Origin: Octopus vulgaris
Lineage: Eukaryota
Assembly (NCBI GenBank): GCA_951406725.2
Contig: OX597840.1
Location: 22,258,001-22,322,000, forward strand
DNA length: 64,000 bases
Direction: 5' to 3'
In this document: piece after piece, positions 50,632 to 64,000 of the stretch
Position numbering within the stretch: position 1 is the stretch's first letter
Layout of the letters: each line of letters begins with the position of its first letter
Notes under the pieces: generated by a model
Seen by the model: only the letters and a program-made list of their open reading frames with translations
What the model was told of the DNA's origin: nothing
Databases searched by the model: none
Program-made: the position numbers and the translations under genes

Positions 50632-53344
50632 GCTGTCCTTGGACTCACTGGATCTTGTTCCACGGTTTCACCCACACCAACATGGAAATGCTTATTAAAA
50701 CCGTTTTTGTTGCCGTATTTCTTTTGAAATACACTGCATTTGTTCCAATTAATTATGAAATAATTTATTAAAATAGCTTTGTCCATATTAATTTGGTATT
50801 TGAAACAAAATAACATGAAATTTTGAAAGATTTTTATTTAGATCACCTTGAAACATAAAGTTTGGATCAAAGAACCAGTTGCGGTTTTGGGCAGGCTGGT
50901 TTCCAAAGGGTTAGATGAGGATGAGGATTAAATATGTTAACACTGATGTAATTCTAGTTATTAGTCTGGAGATTCTGAGTTCAAACCCTACTCGAAGACT
51001 TAGGTGATTCTCTCTTCAAGGTCATACCATTTGTGACCTTATGCAAATGGAAGGTCACGGTGGGATACTTTGTTTAATTATTTAACACATAATCAGGGTT
51101 AGTTAACAACTTTTTTTCTTTTTCTCTAGTTTTAAAAAGAAAGTTCTTTCAGTGGAATAAAAGTTGTTGAAATTGAGAAAAATATAATAATAAAAAAAAG
51201 AGCAAAAACTCTCTTAGGGATTTAGTATTCATTTTTTCATTTCTTCACTGATTCATAAAACTTCATTTAGATACTCTCTCTCTGTTCCTCTCTTTCTTTT
51301 CATATCTTTGTCTACCCTGCCATTTTCCCTCCCCCACCCATTATGTTGTACTACAATTAGTCCATTGTACCGAGATAGCTGGGTTACTGTTCATGTCTCT
51401 GTAATGCATTATTATTTAGCTAAGCTGACTTTTTAGCTAGCTGGCTAGTTTAATTGTACCTTTCGGTAAAATTATCCTCTGTTCCGTTTTTGTCTTTGTC
51501 GTTGACAATTGCTCTCTAACCATTGTCACATGGTACACACACACACACACACATTCTGCTACCTTCTGCCGCCCACCCCCACCACAGCTTGTCCCAACTG
51601 ACCAAGTCTAAGAAAAGCACTTTAGTAGACTACCATTGTGTTGAGTGTGATAGGTCCTTGCTAGGTTCTGCACTTAGTTGCTGTAAAAGACAGCTTGGAG
51701 GGTGGTGCCAGGAATAATGGCCATGCTACGATCACTGTAGCAGCAATAGTAATTTAATGTGGTGTGACTTTTTGTTTTCTGTTAATTACTCTGTTAATCT
51801 ATTCTTCATTAGTCATTGCTCTCATAAACCAGACAGGACTCTAAGCAGAAAGGACTCCTATTTCTCTTGTTATATCTTGTGGATGCTTTACTGCATTATT
51901 GTCTTTTGTTAGAATTGTTTTCTTTTTAGAAGATGGTGTATTATAATTTCACAGGCAAGTAAGTGACTCTCTTGTTTTAACTTGTATTTTTATATTAGCA
52001 TGAACATATATGGTTTTATAAATCTTGCTTAAGTTCCAGAAATATATATATATATATAAAGTAGTCAGCAGTTTTTAGTATCATTTATGCTATACTTTGC
52101 TTAGGTTCTTCATTGGCACGTTTCCATAAGACTGGTTTTGTTCTTTCAAGAATAACCAAAATCTAACTGTGTATATGTGGGGGTGTATAATGTATATCAG
52201 TCCATGTGTATTCAAAATTTTGAAGACATAACAGTATTCCTGTGTCAGAAGATGCAAATAAAAGGGTTGCACAAAGAAGAGCATACAGCCATAAACCACA
52301 CCCTCAAATATAAGTGTATTTCTGTGTGTGTATATGTAAGCTCATTAGAAAAATATACATCAGCTACGGAGAGGCAGTATTTCTGCCCACTTCGATGAAC
52401 ATGGGATGTTCTGTTGGAACAGACTATACTTCACCACATGGTGTCTTCTTCAATATAGTTTGTCCAAACAGAACATCCATGTTTAACCTGGTAGCATTCA
52501 GATTTTTTCTGTCAAATGTAAGGCCCATGTATTCACACCATTTAAAATTAATCATGCATTATTTCATGGCTTTGTGATTTCTTTTTTTTTTTTTTAATGA
52601 CACTGTAAGGTAGCCATAAAAGACCATATCTGACTAGTTTGAAGATGAAACAGGCAGAATATTTTGGCCAGATATCACTGGTTTAAAAATTAAAGGGTCA
52701 AGTGGGCAAAAATATTACCCCTTGCTTGTATTTGTGTATATATTTACACATGTATATATGTGTAGGTTTGTATGTGTGTGTGTGTGTGTGTGTTCATGAA
52801 TGAATATCCAGAGCAACGTATTGAAAGAGTAAAGAGCCCTTTGGTCCCAAATAACCATGGGATTGCACCTTGAAGGTTCCCCTTTGAGGCACAAGTCCCG
52901 ACAAGATTGTTTATGGAAGACCAACAGTTGCTTATGCATACCAACCTCCCTTCTCCATGCCACTGATGTTATCCAAGGAAAAGGCAAAGGGGCCGATACA
53001 GCTTGGCACCAGTCATGTTGCAACTCATTTCTACAGCTGAGCTGGTCTCAGTCGACATCTGTCTATCACTAATATTGCCCTCCCACCCCTATTTACCACT
53101 GATTACTCCTAGCCTTGTTTATTCATTCACAGCACTCACCTCTAATCACTTTCATTTTACCCACCATTACTGATTCTCCCATCTCATCTCTTCACCTTCT
53201 ATGTAACACCTTGAGAACATGTCCTGGTACCTTGTCTCCACCTCTATAATCTATTCTTCTTCTCAACCAAGGAGATGCTTTTGTCTTGCAGGCCACAAAC
53301 AAAGCTCCTAATACGTTTTGTAAAGTACTTGCAGAAGCAAGGGC

Positions 53345-54011
53345 ATTCAGCTACAGCAGTGGAAGAATGTGATTTTCTCGGGCGAGTCATCCTTTACCTT
53401 ATTTCTGACCACCGGCCGAGTATACATGTAGAGACAGCCAAAAGAGGCATTTGACCCAGCATGCCTTCTTTCAACTGTTAAACATGGAGGAAGATCTGTG
53501 ATGAGGGGGGGGGCTATATCTTTGGAATTCACTGGCGCAATGGTTTCTCTTTATGGCAGAATTAATAGTCAAGGCTATTTAAGCATTTTATCTGATCAAA
53601 TTCATCTTATGGTTGTAGAACTGTTTCTGAAGAAAAACACAATCTTTCTGGATGATAATGCACCAATTCACACAGCTAAAGTTGTTACTGAATGGCATGA
53701 GGAACATTCTTGTGAAGTTGAATATCTTATCCGGCCACCACAGTCCCCAGATCTCAATATTATCGAACATTTATGGTGCATTTTAGGAAAACAAGTAAGG
53801 AGTCTATATCCTCCACCCTCATCACTACAAGAACTGGAGACTGTTTTAGCTGAAGAATGGACAAAAATTCCTTTGGAAACAAGTCAAACTTTGTACGAGT
53901 CTATACTTCGTAGAATTCAAGCTGTAATTACTGCCAAAGGCAGTCCTACCCCATATGAAAATAAATTTGTTTGAAATTTTAAGGTGTTTCCATTATTTTG
54001 TCCAACCCCTG
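53345..54011 (+). mobile_element. Tc1-like DD34E transposase 3' half with right terminus
   Basis: ORF 53498-53974 with FLDDNAPIH and PPQSPDLNIIEHLW; upstream WKNVIFSGES..TVKHGG; ends ccaacccctg-TA. Confidence 0.85.
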
Positions 54012-54019
54012 TATATCCA

Positions 54020-54250
54020 GACCCGGGCTCAGTTGCCTTCATTGTTTCACCACCTGGCATACATACACCTTCTGTATTTTCTCATCTCGTCACCATCACA
54101 ACATATTTTGAAAGTCCAAACTTCATCTTGATATTATTTGAAATAATCCACACAGAATGGAATAATCTGTTTAATTCTGCTTTGGTTTTTGTGAACAACT
54201 TCAGATCATCCATAAATAGCAGGTGATTGAGCTTTCCTTCACTACTTCTC
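54020..54250 (-). mobile_element. R4/Dong-like reverse transcriptase fragment
   Basis: KLNHLLFMDDLKLF..MKFGLSK, with the catalytic xMDD motif. Confidence 0.7.
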
Positions 54251-54648
54251 AGATCATCATCATCATCATTATAGAGCACCAAGCTGGCAGAATAGTTAGC
54301 ATGCTGGGAAAAATGTTTAGCAGTATTTCATCTGTCTTTATGGATTCTATTCAGATGCTGCTGAGGCTGACTTTGTCTTTCTGCTAAAATAAGTACCAGT
54401 TGAGCACTGAGGCTGATGTAATCAGCTTACCCCAGCTCCCAAAATTGCTGGCCTTGTGCCAAAATTTGAAACCATTATTGTTCTTATTATTATGGATGTT
54501 GGTAGGTCAGGCTTGAGGACACTGAGTGTTCAATCTTAGAGGCCTCATAAAGAGTGAAGAGCATGCCCTTCCCCTTTGATTAACAATATTTTGATCCAAC
54601 ACCTATGTCTATATTTAATATTTTACTTTTGTTTGTCTGTCATTACAG

Positions 54649-54904
54649 TGCTGAAGCAGCGGCTCGTAAGAAGAGCAAGAAGAAGAAACGTAAGCAAAAG
54701 GACATTGAAAGATCCAGCGGAGATTCTGATAGCCAGGTGTTTGCTGATGAAAAAGAACATAGAATTCCACGGATTGAGGGCAAAAGTGATCAATCACAAT
54801 CAGGAATTGAAGCTGATTCGGAAGGAACAGAGTCCAAAAATCAAGCCCCTCTTGACAAGGATGACAAAGCTGTTACTAAAGATGGTCAACCAGAGAATTC
54901 CAAG
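54649..54904 (+). CDS. Coding exon of the same unidentified gene (Lys-rich NLS-like stretch plus acidic disordered region); gene probably continues beyond the window
   Basis: pyrimidine tract then ttacag; (S)AEAAARKKSKKKKRKQKDIERSSGDSDSQ...QPENSK; AAG|gtaggt; phase-2 start matches the exon ending at 34420. Confidence 0.8.
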
Positions 54905-57611
54905 GTAGGTTGTTGTTGTTTAGAGCTTGTTCTGCCCTAATCCAACAAATATGCTACCCTGTGATCATCTTGTCCTCCTGTTCTCCAGCAATACACATTG
55001 TGGTGGACAAGCATGTAGCATAGCTGCATGGTTGAGTATTTTGCTTCACAACCATGAGGTCCATGGTTCACATCCATTGCATGACATCTTGTGCAAATGT
55101 CTTTTACCATAGCATTGGGTTGACCTAAGCCTTGTGAAGGAAATAGGTATGTCTTGAGCCATAAGACTTGTCGGGCTGATTATCCAGATTCTATAATATA
55201 TAAAGTGAAGCTGCATGGCTCAGTGGTTAAAATGTCAGTCCTATAATCATGAGGTAGGAGTTTGATTCACAGACGAGGCTGTGTGTTGTGTTCTTGAGCA
55301 AGACACTTTATTTCATATTGCTCCAGTTGACTCAGCTGTAGAAATGAGTTGTAACATCACTGGTACCAAGCTGTATCTGCCTTTCCCTTGGGTAACATCG
55401 GTGGCATGGCAGGGGAAGACTGGTATGCCTGGGCAACTGCTGACCTTCCACAAGCAACCTTGCTTGGACTTGTCCTTGGAGGGAAACTTTATAGATGCAA
55501 TCCCATGGTCATTCATAACTGAAGGGAGTCTTTACACTTTGCCCTATATATATATATATATGAAGGCACATAGCTCAGTGGTTAAAGCATCGGGCTCACA
55601 ATCATGACATAGTGAGTTTGATTCCCAGACCAGGCTGTATGTTGTGTTCTTGAGCAAGACACTTTATTTCAAGTTGCTCCACTAACTTTCTAGGGCGTCT
55701 TTACCCTTTCTCCTTTATAGTATATAAATGACAGAGATCACATTTACTCTAAATAGGAAATCTGCTTGTATGCACACAGACACACATGCAACATACACAC
55801 ACACTGCTGTATAATTAAGACGTTGTCTTCTACTGTAAACCTTTAGCATTTAAACTGGCCATATCTGGCCCAAATATTCTACCTGTTTTATCTTCAAACT
55901 GGCCAGATCCAGCCTCTCACACATACCTGCCATGTCATTATAAAAATACATAATTATAACTTTGAAATCTTAAGGCTATGAGATAATATGGGATTAACTT
56001 TGACCCTTTAGCATTTAAACCAGCCATAGCCAGCCAAAATATTCTATTTTATGTTCACGCGGTCCAGATCTGTCCTCTCACACCAACCCTACAATATCAT
56101 TCTAAATATTAATAATTACCTTATCAAAGTATTGAAGAATGACCTCTGGAGGCTGGACCTTTCAGGCAAGGTGACAAAGGAGCGAGATACCTGGCACCTG
56201 GCTGTACTCAAGAAGATCTGTACCCCACAGCAGAAGTGTTAAGACTGATCCTTCTGGCTATGTAAAAGCACTCGTGGTAGTGCTATGTAAAAGCACCCAT
56301 GTGGCGATGCATAAAAGCGCCTGTGTGGTATTGTGTCAAAGCACCCATGTGGCAATGTGTAAAAGTGTCTGTGCAGTTATATGTAAAAGTTCCAGTGTGG
56401 TGCCAGGTAAAAGCATCCTGCACAATCCGTAGAGTGGTTGGCATTGAGAGCATCTAGCTGTAGGGACCATGCCAGACTGAAGTGTGGTGCAGTTGCCCAG
56501 TTTGCCAGCTCTGGTCACACTGTCCAACCCATGCTAGCATGGACAATGGATGTTAAAAGATGATGATGATGAAAATCAAGCTACAAAATGATGCAGGATT
56601 AATTGAAAACAATGTGAATAAATAAGCATCAGTTTTGACAGAGTAATGTGAATAAATAAACGTTGCATTTGACAGGGTTATCTGAATGCTCGAGGGCTAG
56701 ACCCAAGCTGACCAAATTTGGGAGGTGGAGACTGAAAAGAAGCCCTTTATGTGTGTGTGCCTTGTTTTGGCAACATGCTCTTGTTATAAACAAACGTCAC
56801 CATCATACAGTGTTGTTTCCAGTCTTCTTTGGAAGCAGGTGATTCGTTGGTAATGGAGAGAACATCCAGCGGCAGAAGTTAAAACAATGATTATGTGTGT
56901 ACATGCATGCGAATGCTCGTGTTTTCCTCTTACTGTTTAACAACTGGTGTCAGTTTGTTTACATCCCTGAAGCTTCATGATTCAGTAAAAAATGACCTAT
57001 AGTATAAGTATCAGATTTCAAATAAGCATTGGGGTTGATTCAATTATGTTGACTCTTCAAGGCAGTGCTCCAGCATGGCTCGAGCCCAATGACTAATACA
57101 AGTCATTTTCCATGATTGCATGCGTCAGATAGGATTTACTGAGGTGGATTATCTATTTTCTCTAGCTAGATGCTTTTCCTACCACCAACGATTACCAGTT
57201 TCCAAGCAAGGGAATATTTCTCCATAGCTAGACAGGTTTTCACTGAATATTGGAAACAAATGACATTCATTTAGAATAATCACTCAATGTCAATACAAGG
57301 AGCCACAAGTTGAGTTGAGTGGTTCATTGTTTGAATGATTTGGTGAATAGAAGTGCTTTAATTGGAAATCTTGTACCTTAACTCTTCAACATTTAAACTG
57401 GCCATGTCTGGACCCAATTCTTCTGTGTGTTTCATGTGTATAGCTTAGTGGTTGGGGTGTTGGATTTGTGATTCTAAGATTGTGGTTTTGATTCCTGGAC
57501 CTGCTGAGGCATTATATTCTTGAACAAAACACTTCATCATTTCATGTTACTCTAGTCCACTCAGCTGGAAAAAATGAGTAATCCTTCACCAGGTCAGCAT
57601 CCCATTCAGGG

Positions 57612-57668
<57 letters not shown>

Positions 57669-60610
57669 GCAGAGAAACCAGGAAACTGGCCTTATGCTTC
57701 TTAGAATAATGTAGACTAAACATTTCTGTTCAAACCTGCCAGATCTGGCCTCTCACATCTACCCTACAATGTTATTCTAAAAATAAACAATCACATTGAA
57801 ATCTTGAAGCTACCAGATGATGCCTGATTGATTTAAAACAATGAATAAATAAGCTTTACATTTGACAGAGTAATCTGAATGCTGAAGGGTTAGATATCTT
57901 CCTTGGGTGTAATAGTTGGCAACAAAAGAGCATCATCATCATTTAACATCTGCTTTCCATGCTGGCATGGGTTGGATGGTTTGACAAGAGCTAGTAGGCA
58001 GAACACTGCTCCATGCTTCACTGTCTGTTTTGGCATGGTTTTTATGGCAGGATGCCCTTCCGAACACCAACCACCGAGCAGAGTGGACTGAATGCTTTTT
58101 ACATGGCACTGGCACAGTCAGTTTTGGCCTGGTCTTTTACAGTTGGATGCCTTTACAATGTGGACTGGGTGCTTTTTACATGGTGCCAGCACTGGCAGGG
58201 TCACCAAGTAACTTGCAAGACAAAGATCCTTTGAGAGGAATTGTGGCATTGGCGATTGTTTTGTTCTGGATGATGAAAGGTTAGAGTGTGACAGAGAGAC
58301 AGAAACAGGTGTCTTGCTGTAGAGGAAGTACAAGGTTACATGGCTCGAGAGAGAGAGAGAGAGAGGGGAGTGATCAAGATTGAGGCCAAGTAACAAATGT
58401 GTTGGTGTAGAGGAGATACATAGTTAACCAGTCGGAGAGCAAGAGGAAGAGAGAGAGAGAGAGATGGTGGCGAAGTGCCAGGACATGCTCACAAGGAACA
58501 GGGATCAGAATTTAAATGGGAGGATAGAGAAGAGCCAGGGAGAGATAAGTAGTGGCAAAGTGGAAGGGCATGGGGTCCAAATATAAATGGTAGGGTATTG
58601 TCAAGGTGCGTGAGTAGGGAGTAGAGACTTCACATGACTGCAAGTAGTGTGGAGTGGGGTATGCAGTGACTGGTAAAACCTAGGCATAAAGAGGAGGGTG
58701 TGGGGGAGGACAAGATAGCAATGATACAGTGAGGACAGGAGTGTGGAGCAAGAAATAAAACATGAAAAGAGGAAATATGAGGAAGAGGAGAGAGATGTAG
58801 TTTGGTTTGTTGGGGTTTGGGAAAAGTTTTATTGTTGTTACATGTGGGTGGAACTCACAGTGCTTCTACAACTCAGTTTCACTAAAGTGAAGCATCTATG
58901 CATAAAAAACAATCTCAGTCGGTCTTGTTTAACTCTTGCTAACCTGGAAAGAACAGACATTTATATGCCACAGCCACATACCTTATCTTTGGGACACTTA
59001 TTCCATCTGACATGTGGCAGAAAATTTGAAACCAGTGTCATATATCACGTTATAAGAAAGTGGTAAGCTGGCAGAATCATTAGCACACTGGACAAAATGC
59101 TAAGTGGCATGTCACCTGTCTTTATGTTATGAGTTCAAATTCCGCCGAGGTTGACTTTGCTGTTTATCCTTTCAGGGGTCAATAAAATAAGTACCAGTTG
59201 ATTACTGAGGTCCAATGTAATCAACTTACTTCCTCGTCTGAATTTGCCATCCTTGTACCGAAATTCGGAACCATTATTATTATTGTTAAAATTTCTAAAA
59301 CTTGAAGAATTTGGGAAGGGGTTTCTATTAAAATAAGAAACATTTATATTTATTTGTTGTTGTTTATCCCCAGGTCAAGTCTGAACGAGCAAAGCTAACA
59401 TCAAAGACACATCAACGATGAATGTTCCTCTTTTTTTCTTGACTATTCAATGTATCGCTCCGTTCTTAAGACTTTAGAGCGTGATTTGAGGGAGATTTTG
59501 CTGCTGTGTCTAGCAAGTTGAACAAAGACCTAGAAGCGTTCTTATTGGCTCCTAAGTTGAGCTAGTTTCTGGAACACAAGTAAATGGTTTTTATGTAATA
59601 AAACTATAACTTTTGTTTCCATAAATCTTTCCATGTTGTTTATTACAGTTAGACTTCATTTAACTTCTTTATTTCAACTCTGAACACTTCAAATATTTTA
59701 ACAAGACAAGGACGTACTGCATCTGTGACCCCTTTTACAAGACCCCGAAAACTGATGGAAGGAAGTTGTGCTCAGACCAGTGATCTCGTCCAAATACTTA
59801 CAACAAAGTGGACTCCTCTAAGGCACCTAAAGGCCAGGTGCTGGTGCTTGACCAAGCAGGCTTTCTACCACCCAAGAAGAGGGATGATCCTTCCGACTGG
59901 CTTCCTCATAGTTTCCAAATACCAAAGCTAATATACTAAACATCTACCTAGGCTGCTTTACAGTGGGTTTGATCCTGAACCATGCAGTTGTGAAACAAAC
60001 TTCTTGACCACACAGCTTTGTCTGGGGTTACTACTGAAAGGGTCAATTTAGCCCTGCTTGTTGTCCATTGTGCAAATGGACCAATTTTGTGTTCCTTCCA
60101 TCTTTAGTCTAACTTAATCATCTGTTAATCACAAGTCTCTGTTTCACTGGTTTAAGCCCTAATTTCTCTACTATTGAATGGAACAAGTGTTCTCCTGTCT
60201 AAATTATTACATGACAAATCAATGTAATTAACATATTATTAGCAATTTCCTAACTAATTCATACTATTATAAAAGATTTGCTCATCATCATCCTCTTTTC
60301 TCAACATCATCATCCTCTGCTACCTCGTTATACAGAGAGCACTAAATTACTCTGTTCCTTGCTCTCTCTCTCACACACCTCATTATATATTACTGTTACT
60401 ACTCTGCCTCACTTCTCTGTCCCTCTCTCTCTCTTTCTTTCCCACCTCACTGATTCCTCTGCCCCCCCTCTCTTTCTCTTCCACTTCATTATATATTAAT
60501 GTATCCCCCCCCTCTTTCTCTTCTACCTCATTATATATTATTTTATTACCCTGCCTCACTTATTTCTCTGCTCCCTTCTCTCTCCTTGATTTCCTGGAAC
60601 TCAGACCGCC

Positions 60611-60781
60611 TCATGGTCCCAATAGACAAAAGGCGTTGCTCTTGCTAATGGCGAAGGAAATGCCCTGGAACAGCCATTCTGACTCACAGGTCTTGTACTT
60701 GCAGATAGCCATCTCCCCATCTCTACCTCGATAGCTGTGAGCAGGGATATGGTCTGGAGGTTGAGAATGCCAGAGGTCTCT
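60611..60781 (-). mobile_element. CRE-like non-LTR retrotransposon C-terminal relic
   Basis: ETSGIL..MGRWLSAST, a frameshift, then ESEWLFQGISFAISKSNAFCLLG-stop; resembles the CRE ET.G...GR.L..FLFQRISIAIQRGNA..LG tail. Confidence 0.55.
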
Positions 60782-61959
60782 TATGCCACAGGCTCATCCA
60801 GAAGCCTGTCATCATTTAATGTCCACTTTTCCATGCTTCTATGATTCAAATGAAATCTGTTGGTGCAGATTTTCTAGAGCTACCTGCCTTTCATTTTGCC
60901 AACTTTCGCCCATTCTCAGGAAAGGTAATATTTTCTCAAGTCCTTCCTACATGAGCAGCACACTGGCTGGACATGATTTCACAGAAGATTGCATATGAAC
61001 ATCACCATTTGTGTGGTAGTGACATTCATTTATAACTAGCAAGCAATGTAATAAAAATGAGAAACACACACACATGCATACATGTATATGACACTTTTTC
61101 AGTTTCCGTCTACCAAATCCACTCAAGGCTTTGATTGGGCCAGTGCTGTATTAGAAGACCTTTCGCTAAGGTGCCATACAGTGGGACTGAACCCCAAACT
61201 ATATGGTGAGGATGTGAACATCTTAATCATACAACCATGCCTGCACAGATACAGGTGCTTATTGGAAAAATTAAAATCAGAACTGCAGTTGTAATCCAAC
61301 AAGACATTCATCACTTTTTCATTGCTGCTGCTAGTTACTCTAGTGAACTGTATCACCCTGTGACACTTGACAGGTGGGTATTTTAGGTGAACTGGACTTT
61401 GGCGACAGATATGACACAAATGCTTGTTAGTGGTGTGAGGAAACTAAATGTTGACTTGAATGAATAGATGTGAGTGAATGAAAATGAGTGTGTGTGAAAT
61501 GTGGATATTAATGTGGTGTTAATTTGAGAGAGGAAACCGAAATGAGAATAGGTGTGTGATGTAGGAATAAGGTATGTGATGTTGATTGGAGAGAGGAGAC
61601 AAGGATGAGAATGTTGTAGGTGTCAGGTGTGTTGGGTTGATTGGAGAGATGATAGACAAATAAGAATGTGTATCAGAGGTGATTGAGCAGTTCCTTAGCA
61701 AACAGGTGGTGAATTAAATACTATAGAGATCATTCTTCCTCCCAGTTGTATTTTATCTCTATTGAGCTGTAGAGGAGGTACGTGGTTGCCTCCTCTACAG
61801 CAAGACATCTGTTTCTGCCTCTTTGTCACACTCTAACCTTTCATCATCTGACACAAGATCATCTCCTCCAATGCCCCTTCCCCTCTCAAAGATTCCTTGT
61901 CTTACAAAGTTACTTTGCAGGTGCCACTTAAAAAGTAAAATAAACTGAAAGTTTAATTT

Positions 61960-62700
61960 ACTTTATCTCAACAAAAACCAAGGCAGTTAATCAAAGTATG
62001 CACCTAAATTATCAACACAATTTTGCCATTTTATCGGTAGCTTATTTATGCCGGCAGCAAAGAATTCTAAAGAGCAGGAGGTGATGATGAATTCATAAAA
62101 GGCTGTTTTTGCTTCTTCTTCAGATCTGAAGCTTTTTCCTTGCCAAAAGTTGTCTAATGCCTGGAAAACATGATAGTCAGTTTGTGCCAGGTCTGGTGAA
62201 TATGGTGGATGACAGAGGACTTCCAAGTTCAGTTCCTGTAACTTGAGTAGCATTCTTTGTGCAACATGTGGTCAAGCATTGTCTTGCAAGAGAACTGGCC
62301 TGTCTCTATTGACCAATCTTGGTCGTTTAATTGCAAGTTCACTCATCATTTCGTCCAGTTGGTTGATGTATACATCCGCTGTAACTGACTTACCAGGTCT
62401 CATGAAGCTGTAGGGGATGACATCAGTGTTGGACCACCAAACTGACACCATTTGCTTTTTTTGGTGAATATTCTTTGTTTTGGCACTTCGTTTCTATCTA
62501 ACCATTGTGCAGAATACTTGCCATTGTTGAAAAGAATCCATTTTCCATCACATGTAACAATATGATGCAAAAATGTTTCGCTTTTATGCCGAGACAGCAA
62601 AGAACAGCAAGTTTCAAGACAACATGTTCTTTGATGCTCGTCCAATTTGTGTGGTACCTGCTTGTCCAGCTTCTTTACTTTGCTGATTTGTTTGAGATGC
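61960..62700 (-). mobile_element. Mariner (DD34D) transposase relic
   Basis: IVTCDGKWI, LQDNA and HPPYSPDLAQTDYHVF motifs with stops and frameshifts. Confidence 0.85.
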
Positions 62701-64000
62701 TCAAGAGCTCAGTGTGCTGCCAGGAATCAAACTTGTGACTTTTCAATTGTGAGCTGAATGCCCTAACCACTTAGCCACTCATTTTCAGTAGTTATATAGA
62801 ATTTGGTGAATAGTTGTCCTGTCTAGTCCCAAGTATTTCAAGTGTATGTCTGTAAGTCTGCCTGTCTCTGAAACCGTTGTGGTTATCAGGTGGTGTTTAA
62901 AGGGACACAACTACGCCAGCTTTAACCAACAAGAAAATCCTGTATATGGATGCACAACCTGCAAGAATTTGTAGCCGATCTCCCTTAAATCACATCTTAC
63001 TATCTAAAAAAAGAATCAACCCCAAAATCATTGATATTATAATCCTAGATACAAAGAAGGCTGTATGGCTATGACTGGAATGTCTTTTATCGTAGATCTA
63101 TTGTTTGGACTGACTTGGCACGGAACAATACCAACTTCAATCACCCAACGAAGAATACCCTACTTTGGTGTTTCTCAACTATTTTTCACCTTTGATTCCT
63201 ATTTTACTAAGATGAATCCTAAAGATTTGATGTTTAAAAATCATATATTTTAATGACTAATTATTAGGAATTGTATTAAAAGAAAAATTTTGAATTGTAG
63301 AAGTGTAACCAATTTATTGCAGATAAATTTTAACAAAATCTTATATGGTCCCTAGCTGAAAACCACTGCTCTACATGGTTGCTAGCTTTGCTAGAAATAG
63401 CAGCCAAAATCTCCTTCAAATCACATCATCATTATCATCATTTAGCATCTGCTTTCCATGCTGGCATGGTTTAGACAGTTTGACTGAAACTGGTAAGCTA
63501 GAGAGCTGCACCAAGTTCCAGTCTGGTGGCATGGTTTCTATGGCTGGATGCCCTTCCTAATGCCAACCACTGCAAGAGTATAATGAGTGCCATCAATGAC
63601 TACAATTTCAGTTGGCTTGACAAATCTCAAGCACAGCATAGTGCCAAATGTCTTGGTCACTTTTCATTACCTCCGTGACTCCCAATGTTCCTTGAAAAAA
63701 GATATATTGAATGCTATTGGAATAATAGGTAGAATGGTCATGGCCGAAGGATTATATATATATATACACACACTATTGTGTCTGGGGAAAGTCATTTTCT
63801 TTTTGTGTCTTATTATGTAAGCATATTAGAATATGCTTCAACACACAAACTCATATAAAGAATCTTGCAAACCAAATCCAAAAACGAAATATATATATAT
63901 ATATATCTATATAAACCTATTGGATTAGAGTTGACCAAGTTTGATTGATGTTCTGTGGATAAACCCTTTCCTTCCTATATTTTTAACAGAATCTGTGTTT

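Noticed and set aside
59700-59935. Possible third exon of the unidentified gene (TRTYCICDPFY..., superficially PHD-like)
   Set aside because: The phase-0 frame hits TGA after 25 codons, the acceptor is weak and there is no convincing donor; left unresolved

Overview
AT-rich, repeat-dense eukaryotic genomic DNA. The SINE/LINE-tail repertoire and a mollusc-type 5S-like copy point to a coleoid cephalopod, most likely Octopus (inference). Three spliced genes were reconstructed by hand from GT-AG boundaries with consistent phases. (1) The last 7 coding exons of MIOS (GATOR2 subunit; + strand, 305-12587). (2) A complete 7-coding-exon calaxin/EFCAB1 (- strand, 25270-17472, 198 aa), with an RFX X-box upstream. 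(3) The 5' part of an unidentified gene with an acidic/lysine-rich N-terminus (+ strand, 34320-34420 and 54649-54904), with a possible alternative start exon at 51933-51958. Most supplied ORFs are repeat-derived or spurious. The rest of the window holds tRNA-headed SINEs, RTE, Dong/R4, CRE and Penelope-like retroelement relics, Tc1/mariner relics, MITEs, a 5S rRNA pseudogene and microsatellites. The most notable signal is a set of type I hammerhead-ribozyme motifs (CUGAnGA...GAAA...UH), probably from Penelope-like terminal repeats. Two are sense to a MIOS intron, a head-to-head pair forms a perfect 67-bp inverted repeat, and several copies carry a non-canonical CCGAnGA core. All RNA structures were read by eye and none is tested. 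Repeat boundaries are approximate.
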